Shown in pieces: positions 18,100-25,458 of a stretch of DNA of 64,000 nucleotides; the stretch's first letter is position 1; each line of letters starts with the position of its first letter. The translations under genes were made by a program, and so were the position numbers. The notes beneath the pieces are model-generated. The model saw only the letters and a list, made by a program, of their open reading frames with translations, searched no databases and had not been told where the DNA came from. Source of the stretch: a virus; the IMG/VR virus record IMGVR_UViG_3300025141_000022, positions 120,914 through 184,913 of that record; one strand, written 5' to 3'.

Positions 18100-18932
18100 A
18101 TATTGTTGGTTTAGGTCAGGCCGGTTGCGCAGTTGCGAGGAAATTTGCTAATTATCCTCAATATAGCGTTTATCAAATCGATGCCGGGATAAAGGGTGCT
18201 AAAAAAGATGGCATTTTTAATGTTCCCAAGCTATCTGGCGCTGAAGCGTATGAGGAAAGCTTTCCATCCACAAAGACGTTTTTTAAGAATGTGTCAGGCG
18301 ATGTCTTATTCATTCTTGCGGGCTCTGGACACATTTCAGGTGCATCATTGAGAGTTCTTGAACATCTTAGGAGGCACAATGTTAGTATTCTGTATATTCG
18401 GCCAGATACAACTTTGTTGCGCGGAGAAAGAAAGTTAATCGAAAGAATAACCTTCAATGTTTTGCAGCAATACACCAGATCGGGTGTTTTCAATAAAATG
18501 TACATAATCAACAATGTCGATTTAGAGAAAATTGTTGGCGATGTTCCACTAACAGAACACCACGATAGAATAAACGAGCTAATCACATCCACAGTGCATA
18601 TGGTTAACGTATATAGTCATGTCGAGCCAGTGTATGATTATCCTGTCGAAGATGACACCAAAGCTCGTATAGCTACAATTGGACTACTAGATGTGAACAC
18701 TGGCGAAGAAAAGTTGTTTTTTCCACTTGACTCGGTTACGGAGAAGTGTTATTATTATGCTATAAGTGATGAATCACTTAATACCGATGCGACACTGCAT
18801 AGGAAGATAACAGAGCAAATCAAAGAGAAAACTACAGAAGAACTTAATATTGGCTACTCTATTTATTCAACAGAGTATGATCAAAATTATGGGTATTTAA
18901 TTGCTAATTCTTCTGAAATTCAACTAGAATAG
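18096..18932 (+). CDS. Divergent tubulin/FtsZ-like protein
   Basis: N-terminal IVGLGQAGCAVA (FtsZ/tubulin T1 loop), FILAGSGHISGAS at the GGGTGSG position, and MYIINNVDL; 278 aa. Confidence 0.65.
   Translation: MNIVGLGQAGCAVARKFANYPQYSVYQIDAGIKGAKKDGIFNVPKLSGAEAYEESFPSTKTFFKNVSGDVLFILAGSGHISGASLRVLEHLRRHNVSILYIRPDTTLLRGERKLIERITFNVLQQYTRSGVFNKMYIINNVDLEKIVGDVPLTEHHDRINELITSTVHMVNVYSHVEPVYDYPVEDDTKARIATIGLLDVNTGEEKLFFPLDSVTEKCYYYAISDESLNTDATLHRKITEQIKEKTTEELNIGYSIYSTEYDQNYGYLIANSSEIQLE
18727..18755 (+). promoter_or_regulatory. sigma70-type promoter embedded in the tubulin-like CDS
   Basis: TTGACT-N17-TATTAT with TG upstream of the -10. Confidence 0.5.
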
Positions 18933-18940
18933 GTGGTACA

Positions 18941-19201
18941 ATGAAGCAATACAAAGGAACATTTTTAAAAAAGAATGGGGAAACGAGAGAGATGAGATTT
19001 CTAAGGCTAAGTGATTTGCCAAAAGAATTTCTCGACTCTAAACTAAAAGGCGGATCAAACAAAAAGTCAAAACTGTCCGAAGGTTCAGAACTTGTGTGGG
19101 ACATCGACAGTAATGGCTTTAGGGTTTTTAATTGGGATTCCGTCCAAGGAAATATTGAAGAAAATGAAATTGAAGAATTTAATACAGAATCTGCGGGATA
19201 G
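18941..19201 (+). CDS. Small conserved phage protein (SH3/WYL-like fold possible)
   Basis: FLKKNGETREMRF...LVWDIDSNGFRVFNW pattern. Confidence 0.45.
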   Translation: MKQYKGTFLKKNGETREMRFLRLSDLPKEFLDSKLKGGSNKKSKLSEGSELVWDIDSNGFRVFNWDSVQGNIEENEIEEFNTESAG

Positions 19202-19451
19202 GCTACCTTCTTGGAGTCGCGTCCTTAAGGTGCTTTCTATTACTATTAGATTGGCGTTGTTGGGTGTCCTCTGTTGGACAGTATATCACGCTTATATCTC
19301 TGGATATGAGAAAGGCCGCAGAGTTGGTCAATGCGAGGCGGGATGTTTGATAATGGACGGACAGCTAGACAGCGTTGATGACGACGGGATTTGCTGGTGT
19401 GTCCCGATAGAAAACGAAGAGGTTTTCATCGCACCGGTACCAGAAATTTAA
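19164..19451 (+). CDS. Hypothetical membrane-anchored Cys-containing protein (likely start ATG 19164)
   Basis: Hydrophobic segment LALLGVLCWTVY, then CEAGC...CWC. Confidence 0.5.
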   Translation: MKLKNLIQNLRDRLPSWSRVLKVLSITIRLALLGVLCWTVYHAYISGYEKGRRVGQCEAGCLIMDGQLDSVDDDGICWCVPIENEEVFIAPVPEI

Positions 19452-19460
19452 AAAAAATGC

Positions 19461-19489
19461 TTGACAACAAGAACAGAATACGATATATT
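19461..19489 (+). promoter_or_regulatory. sigma70-type promoter for ssb
   Basis: A-tract, then TTGACA-N17-TATATT; nearly the same flanks as the promoter at 59472. Confidence 0.8.
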
Positions 19490-19560
19490 ATAAGAAGCAA
19501 AACGAGATATTTGTCGTTTTGACTATAGGCACGACAGCCACATAAACAAATAAGGAGAAA

Positions 19561-20364
19561 ATGAAAATGTCACTTGATATGAAGAAAATGAGGTCTAAAC
19601 TAGAAAACCTCCAAAATCGCGGATCTGGGGAGCGCAATACTTTTTGGCGTCCACAGGAAGGCGAACAAACGGTACGAATTGTACCAACTGCTGATGGCGA
19701 TCCTTTCAAGGATTTCCATTTCCACTATCTAGAGGTAGATGGCAAGCGCCAATCTGTCCTTTGTCCAAAGAAGAACTTTGGAGAGAAGTGTCCCATTTGT
19801 AATTTTGCTACACAGCTTTTTCAAGAGGGTACTCCCGATAGTATCAAAATGGCGAAAACTCTTTTTGCACGCCAGCGTTTCTTTAGCCCAGTACTTGTAC
19901 GAGGTGAAGAGGAATCTGGTGTCCGTGTCTGGGGGTATGGCAAGATGGCATACGAATCCCTCCTAAATCTTGTTCTGAATCCAGACTACGGAGACATTAC
20001 GGATGTTGATGACGGTACTGACCTAAACATCCATTATGGCCGGCCCGCCGGTGCTCAATTCCCTCAAACTAAGATTCAGCCTCGCCGCCGAACATCAACG
20101 TTATGCGATGAAGCGGTTGGAGGCCCCGAGCGATGTGCCGAATTGCTAGAGAGTATTCCTGATTTCGACACCTTGTTTGAACGTCGAACCGCTGAAGACG
20201 TTCAAGCGGTTCTGGATGAGTTCATGGACTCACCAGAGGCTGGTGGAGAAACCACGAAGTACGCCGGTACTAAAACCGACACCTCTAACGTGACAACTGC
20301 TTCAAGCGTAGACCGCGCTTTTGAAGAATTGTCCACTCAACTTGGTGTTGCTTCGGGCTCATAG
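19561..20364 (+). CDS. Single-stranded DNA-binding protein (T4 gp32-like)
   Basis: FWRPQEGEQTVRIVP, CPKKNFGEKCPIC zinc site, GVRVWGYGK, DITDVDDGTDL, acidic tail. Confidence 0.85.
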   Translation: MKMSLDMKKMRSKLENLQNRGSGERNTFWRPQEGEQTVRIVPTADGDPFKDFHFHYLEVDGKRQSVLCPKKNFGEKCPICNFATQLFQEGTPDSIKMAKTLFARQRFFSPVLVRGEEESGVRVWGYGKMAYESLLNLVLNPDYGDITDVDDGTDLNIHYGRPAGAQFPQTKIQPRRRTSTLCDEAVGGPERCAELLESIPDFDTLFERRTAEDVQAVLDEFMDSPEAGGETTKYAGTKTDTSNVTTASSVDRAFEELSTQLGVASGS

Positions 20365-20365
20365 T

Positions 20366-20424
20366 ACCCTTCCCCCCTTGGGGGGTCCGCAGGGAGGCAC
20401 GGGATTACAGGTGCCTCACTTTTT
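20366..20424 (+). terminator. Two-hairpin element / terminator after ssb
   Basis: CCCCC-cttg-GGGGG and GAGGCAC-N10-GTGCCTC followed by ACTTTTT. Confidence 0.6.
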
Positions 20425-20462
20425 CGGGGGAACAAATAACATAATTTGGTATAGGAGGTTTT

Positions 20463-20750
20463 ATGTTTAAGAATATTATTACAGCACTTATGCTCATGTG
20501 TGCGACCAGTGGTCCAGCCATGGCAGACGGATTTAACCCTGGAGACAGGCTTAAGGTGATCGAGCGAGCCACTGGGCTGCAGCTTCATCACAGACCGCCA
20601 CCACCACGACCTAGGCCGCATCCACGTCAGCATCCACCGAGAGCCGCTGTGGCGCCTATTGTGGTGACGGTTGTAGTATTGGCGACCATCGTTATTGTTG
20701 CTAGTGCGACCCCACATCCACACCCGCACCCACATCAAGGAGTTCACTAA
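20463..20750 (+). CDS. Secreted-type Pro/His-rich small protein
   Basis: Signal-peptide-like N-terminus (…GPAMA), HHRPPPPRPRPHP, a hydrophobic stretch, PHPHPHPH; SD GGAGG. Confidence 0.55.
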   Translation: MFKNIITALMLMCATSGPAMADGFNPGDRLKVIERATGLQLHHRPPPPRPRPHPRQHPPRAAVAPIVVTVVVLATIVIVASATPHPHPHPHQGVH

Positions 20751-20751
20751 A

Positions 20752-21879
20752 ATGGCAAGAGCTAAGAAATCAAACGGAGCAGGCAAACTTTCAATCACGC
20801 AAATGCGAGATCTAATTAACAAGAAGGCCGGCCAAAATGTTGCCCACGATCTAAAAGATGAGAATCCTACTGAGGTTAAAGAATGGATCCCAACTGGCTC
20901 GCGCTGGCTGGACTCTATTGTCTGTAGAGGTAAACTAGCCGGGATCCCAGTTGGTAAGGTTGTTGAGATTGCCGGCTTAGAAGCAACTGGTAAAAGTTAT
21001 ATGGCCGCGCAGGTTGCAGCCAATGCACAGAAGCTGGGAATCGACGTTATTTATTTTGATAGCGAGTCTGCTATTGATCCAACCTTCCTTGAGAGGGCCG
21101 GCTGCGATCTAGACAAACTTTTGTATGTTCAAGCAACTTCAGTTGAGTTTGTTCTAGAGACTATCGAAGAGTTGCTGGGTTCTAACGACAATCGCATGCT
21201 ATTTGTATGGGATTCGCTAGCCCTCACTCCATCGGTATCTGACGTTGAAGGCGACTTTAATCCACTTTCATCGATGGCTGTCAAGGCAAGAATCTTGGCA
21301 AAGGGCATGTCTAAGCTTACAGTGCCCATTGCGAACTCTCAGAGCACGTTCCTTGTCCTTAACCAGCTTAAGACCAATATTACCCGATCTCCATCAGAAG
21401 CGCTTACAACGCCTTATATGACGCCTGGAGGGAAGGCTATGATCTATGCCTACTCACTTCGAATTTGGCTGACTGGTCGCAAAGCTAAAGCTAGCTTTGT
21501 GTTGGATGATAAAGGGTTCCGTATCGGCTCAGAGGTCAAAGTAAAGCTTGAAAAATCTCGCTTTGGAACGCAGGGTAGACAATGTAATTTTCGCATTCTA
21601 TGGGGAGACTCAATTGGAGTGCAGGACGAAGAAAGTTGGTTTGACGCCATTGGTGGTTCGCACAGACTTAAACGTTCCGGCGCTTGGTACGAATTGCTAG
21701 ACAAGCAAGGCGAGACAATTGGCCCAAAGTTTCAGGCCGCTAAATGGGTAGAGAGACTTGAGGACGAGACATTTAGAAAGAATGTCATGGAGATCATGGA
21801 CGAAGAAGTGATCATGAAGTTTGATAAGCGTGTGGGAAATGCTTCTGATTTTTACGAATCTGAAGAAAATTCAAAATAA
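20752..21879 (+). CDS. recA: RecA/UvsX recombinase (likely start ATG 20752)
   Basis: IPTGSRWLD...GIPVGKVVEIAGLEATGKS, YFDSESAID, VWDSLA, VLNQLK, TPGGKAM. Confidence 0.95.
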   Translation: MARAKKSNGAGKLSITQMRDLINKKAGQNVAHDLKDENPTEVKEWIPTGSRWLDSIVCRGKLAGIPVGKVVEIAGLEATGKSYMAAQVAANAQKLGIDVIYFDSESAIDPTFLERAGCDLDKLLYVQATSVEFVLETIEELLGSNDNRMLFVWDSLALTPSVSDVEGDFNPLSSMAVKARILAKGMSKLTVPIANSQSTFLVLNQLKTNITRSPSEALTTPYMTPGGKAMIYAYSLRIWLTGRKAKASFVLDDKGFRIGSEVKVKLEKSRFGTQGRQCNFRILWGDSIGVQDEESWFDAIGGSHRLKRSGAWYELLDKQGETIGPKFQAAKWVERLEDETFRKNVMEIMDEEVIMKFDKRVGNASDFYESEENSK

Positions 21880-21915
21880 ATTAAATAAAAAATGAATATA
21901 TTAGGCTCCCAAGCG

Positions 21916-21923
21916 TCTAATTA
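21916..21923 (+). promoter_or_regulatory. Possible late-promoter motif TCTAATTA
   Basis: Variant of the CTAnTTA motif before ORF 21930/21950. Confidence 0.35.
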
Positions 21924-21949
21924 TTACATATGATAAAAGGAGAGAATAT

Positions 21950-22340
21950 CATGAATAGACTTATCTGTATTGTTGGATTGGCAGTGGGACTCATCGGCTC
22001 AACAGGATGCGCGACAGCGCATGCCCATCCGGTGGTAACCGCACATGTTGGTGTTACAACAACCCATGGAACAGCGCACGTTGGTACTCACAACCACCAA
22101 GCTAGACCTCAGCGGCCTGGACCCAATTATGTGTGGCGTTCCGGTACCGGCTGGGTATACCGTGCGCCTACTCGCACCCACAGGCCCAACAACGCCCAGA
22201 ACTGTAGACGACAAACTTGGGTGCCGGGACATTATGTTGGCCGAGGCCACCATCGTCGGTGGGTACATGGGCGATATATCTCTGTGTGTGCCACCCGCTA
22301 TAATAATACTAGCGATCCGTGGCGATGTCATAGGCGGTAA
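21950..22340 (+). CDS. Putative lipoprotein with YXWGXW-like repeats
   Basis: Hydrophobic signal ending GSTGC; PGPNYVWRSGTGWV and TWVPGHYVGRGHHRRWVHGRY; SD AGGAG before ATG 21950. Confidence 0.55.
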
Positions 22341-22353
22341 TATAAAATAATTC

Positions 22354-22382
22354 TTGACTTAGAGCCTCCCATGTGTTATTAT
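22354..22382 (+). promoter_or_regulatory. sigma70-type promoter nested in an RBS-sequestering hairpin
   Basis: TTGACT-N17-TATTAT; hairpin arms GCCTCCCATG (22364-73) and CATGGGAGGT (22391-400). Confidence 0.7.
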
Positions 22383-22404
22383 ATTAGCACCATGGGAGGT
22401 TTTT

Positions 22405-22827
22405 GTGTCTGAAAGAGAAATAGAGCCGAGTGTTTTGTATACTGGCCGCAACAAAAGATATATTGAATATGCTAGACGGATTGCAGAGAAATCCCAGTCC
22501 CCTGATTATCGCCATGGCGCTTTGCTGGTAAAAGGCGGCCAAGTGATTAACAGTTCCTACAACAAGAATTCGTATAAGGGGTGGGCGACACGATTCAGAG
22601 ATCGATTTAGTGGCCACGCTACCCATCACGCAGAGTTGGGATGTATTCTTGGCGTAGATAGAGCAAACATAAAAGGCTCTACAATTTATGTAGCTAGGAT
22701 AGGCAAGAAAGGCGATTTGAGGATGTCTAAACCTTGCCCCATGTGTACTGAAATTCTAAAGAACATGGGCGTGAGAAAAGTAGTCTATTCTATCTCAGAG
22801 GGGCAAATTGATTGTGAAAAATTATGA
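22405..22827 (+). CDS. Zn-dependent cytidine/dCMP deaminase-family protein
   Basis: HGALLVKGG, HAE and PCPMC motifs. Confidence 0.85.
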   Translation: MSEREIEPSVLYTGRNKRYIEYARRIAEKSQSPDYRHGALLVKGGQVINSSYNKNSYKGWATRFRDRFSGHATHHAELGCILGVDRANIKGSTIYVARIGKKGDLRMSKPCPMCTEILKNMGVRKVVYSISEGQIDCEKL

Positions 22828-23063
22828 AAGTTGGTGACTTAGTTAAATGGAGTATTGACCCGTCTTATTGGGGCATTATTTTAGAGAAATCTCTTGCTAT
22901 GGATGTTTATGAATCTCATCAATTACACTCCATGGAAATGTCGCCGCACGAACAGGTATATAAGATATGGTGGTACCCATTTGCTAAGAATATTGGCGTA
23001 TTTACAACTACAGATTTAATACTATTCTCGGAGGGAGAAAATGAAAAGACTTTTGATTATTGA
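22824..23063 (+). CDS. KOW/SH3-like small protein (MKVGDLVK family)
   Basis: MKVGDLVKW...WGIILEK...YKIWW. Confidence 0.6.
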   Translation: MKVGDLVKWSIDPSYWGIILEKSLAMDVYESHQLHSMEMSPHEQVYKIWWYPFAKNIGVFTTTDLILFSEGENEKTFDY

Positions 23064-24009
23064 TGCTTTGAACATGTATTTCAGAGCGTATATTGTAGAT
23101 CCAAGTTTGTCTACAAATGGCCAACCAATTGGCGGCATTAAAGGGTTTACTAAGATTCTACAAAAACAGATTCGTGAAAGCAAGCCTGACGAAGTGATTA
23201 TATGTTGGGATGGCCAAGGCGGCTCTCAAAGGAGGAAGGCTCAAAACAAGGGCTATAAAGAAGGCCGAAAGCCAATTCGCCTTAATCGCGAAATTAGAAA
23301 CCTTTCTGAGAATGAAGAAGTCGCAAACAAAGTTTGGCAGCAGACAAGGCTCATTGAATATTTGAACAACTTGTCCATTATTCAGTTGATGTTACCGGGG
23401 GTAGAGGCCGATGACATCATTAGCTATGTCTGCCAGATGCCGCATTATGCAGATTGGCAAAAAGTGATTGTGTCTTCAGATAAAGACTTTATCCAACTTT
23501 GTGACGACACTACTGTTCTCTATCGGCCAATCCAGAAGCAGGTTCTGAACTCCACTCGGATTGTTGAAGATTATGGAATACATCCAGTTAATTTTGCCAT
23601 GGCCCGCGCCATTGCTGGAGATAAGTCTGACAACCTCCCTGGAGTCGGTGGTGTTGGCTTGCCAACTATCGCTAAGAGGCTTCCATTTCTAAAAGAAAAT
23701 AAAACTTACACAATTGATGACATTACTAATTACTGTAAGGAAGTCGAAAGCAATCTTAAGGTATACAGCACCATTCTTGAAAAAAGAGATTTGATTCATG
23801 ACAATTACAAAATTATGCAACTGTACGCACCCTCTATCAGTCCACAGGGCAAAAACAAGGTAAAGTATGATGTTGAAAATTTTGTTTTTGAATTGAATCA
23901 GACAGAAATCAAGAAGATGATGATAGAAGATGGTTTCGGCGCTCTAGATCTAACTGATTTGTTTACAGCCATGAAAAGAATTGTGGCTGAGAGCAAAAAA
24001 ACAAACTAA
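23041..24009 (+). CDS. 5'-3' exonuclease / flap endonuclease (T4 RNase H / PolI N-terminal-like)
   Basis: LIIDALN, ICWDG, GYKEGRK, GVEADDII, SSDKDFIQL, GDKSDNLPGVGGVG. Confidence 0.92.
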   Translation: MKRLLIIDALNMYFRAYIVDPSLSTNGQPIGGIKGFTKILQKQIRESKPDEVIICWDGQGGSQRRKAQNKGYKEGRKPIRLNREIRNLSENEEVANKVWQQTRLIEYLNNLSIIQLMLPGVEADDIISYVCQMPHYADWQKVIVSSDKDFIQLCDDTTVLYRPIQKQVLNSTRIVEDYGIHPVNFAMARAIAGDKSDNLPGVGGVGLPTIAKRLPFLKENKTYTIDDITNYCKEVESNLKVYSTILEKRDLIHDNYKIMQLYAPSISPQGKNKVKYDVENFVFELNQTEIKKMMIEDGFGALDLTDLFTAMKRIVAESKKTN

Positions 24010-24012
24010 TTA
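24005..24012 (+). promoter_or_regulatory. Putative late-promoter motif ACTAATTA
   Basis: Overlaps the exonuclease stop; 5 nt before ATG 24018, with no SD (possibly leaderless). Confidence 0.5.
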
Positions 24013-24017
24013 TTATC

Positions 24018-24848
24018 ATGATGGACGCTTTTCTAGATAAATGGAAATCATATAAAACTGCCGACTTCGAACTGAAAGAACTTGTAGACCCTGAATCGGT
24101 AGCTACCTCGTCCTTTGAGGTACAGGATAGTCTACATTCCGCTTTTTGGTCAACTGAGGGCAAACTGGACCCAAAAGTTCGAAAACGACTAATCAGAATA
24201 GCTAAGAACTTTATTAAGGACTTGGAACTTTCCGAACTTGAGATAGAAGACCTGACATTTACAGGATCACTAGCGAACTACAACTGGTCTAAATATTCAG
24301 ATATAGACTTGCACATAATTGTTGATTTTTCAGCCCTTGAGGGTGACCAAGAGTTACTCAATAATTACTTTAATGCTAAGAGAGCGTATTGGAACATGAA
24401 GCACGCGATTATGATGCATGACTTCGAAGTGGAAATATACGTTCAAGATTCCAACGAACCACATACGGCATCCGGCTTATACTCCGTATACTTTGATGAA
24501 TGGATCAATACGCCGCAAAAACAAGACCCCGTTATCGATCACACAAATATAAAGGTTAAAGCAGCTGCCTTGATGGATCAGATAGACACAGCACAAGAAA
24601 TGTTCAATGACGGCGCGTACAAAAAGGTTATTGAGTATGTTGAAAAATTGCGAGAAAAAATTAAGAAATTTAGAACCTCTGGTTTAAATAATGGTGGCGA
24701 ATACTCTATAGAAAATTTAGCATTTAAAGCTTTACGAAGAAATGGGTATTTAGGTAAACTATCGGATTTGAGAATTGCGTCATATGATGAATTGATGTCT
24801 CTACATCCCGAAATGATAACCATATTAGTTGGGGAGGATGCAGGATGA
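24018..24848 (+). CDS. Pol-beta-superfamily nucleotidyltransferase
   Basis: FTGSLANYNWSKYSDIDLHIIVD (GS...DxD) and a downstream FEVEIYVQD acidic strand. Confidence 0.8.
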   Translation: MMDAFLDKWKSYKTADFELKELVDPESVATSSFEVQDSLHSAFWSTEGKLDPKVRKRLIRIAKNFIKDLELSELEIEDLTFTGSLANYNWSKYSDIDLHIIVDFSALEGDQELLNNYFNAKRAYWNMKHAIMMHDFEVEIYVQDSNEPHTASGLYSVYFDEWINTPQKQDPVIDHTNIKVKAAALMDQIDTAQEMFNDGAYKKVIEYVEKLREKIKKFRTSGLNNGGEYSIENLAFKALRRNGYLGKLSDLRIASYDELMSLHPEMITILVGEDAG

Positions 24849-25456
24849 ATAAAAAGTGGAAAAACTTCATTAATGAAAAAGTTTGGGCCGATTACGAAGA
24901 GCCCAAAGGTCAATGGAAAGACGTACCATTATCAGATCTTGAACACGATCCCGATGAATATGATTTAACTGACGAAATGTATAACCTAATTGCCACAGCA
25001 TATGCTAAAATCGGCGGTCATGTAAATATTAAAGGCCCAGCAGATGTTCCAGATAAATATGATCAGTGGTCAGCGGTCGATTTGGATGGTGATCCTGAAC
25101 CTGACGCTTTGCGAGTGGCATCAACCAAGCCGGCCGGAACAAAACTTACGGTTTCGGGCCACGATGGTACTCGTATAGCAAAAAATGCCTACACTGACAA
25201 AACTGCAGACATGCTTAAGAAGGATGGATATTTCGCGGAGATGTCTGACGCCATCGCGCACATTATGATTACCAGATACAATATCGAGTCGGTCAACGAT
25301 AAAGAAACAGTCGAGAAAGTTTTAGGCAAATCGGTCGATTGGGTCGGCCCTCACCCAGAGGGTAAATACCCAGAGCACACCGGGTGGTATGTTCGTAAGT
25401 TGAGCGGCAAGGTTAGTCACATGAAGATTATGCTTGGAAAGCCAAAGGTAGGATAA
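24845..25456 (+). CDS. Hypothetical protein with WKNFINE leader (putative virion cargo)
   Basis: 203 aa; ATGA-coupled to the NTase. Confidence 0.55.
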   Translation: MNKKWKNFINEKVWADYEEPKGQWKDVPLSDLEHDPDEYDLTDEMYNLIATAYAKIGGHVNIKGPADVPDKYDQWSAVDLDGDPEPDALRVASTKPAGTKLTVSGHDGTRIAKNAYTDKTADMLKKDGYFAEMSDAIAHIMITRYNIESVNDKETVEKVLGKSVDWVGPHPEGKYPEHTGWYVRKLSGKVSHMKIMLGKPKVG

Positions 25457-25458
25457 AT

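Noticed and set aside
18096-18932. Evidence for a nucleus-forming (phiKZ-like) phage
   Set aside because: Only a tubulin-like gene is seen. There is no chimallin or multisubunit RNAP in the window, and morphogenesis genes and sigma70 promoters are T4-like. This cannot be excluded outside the window.
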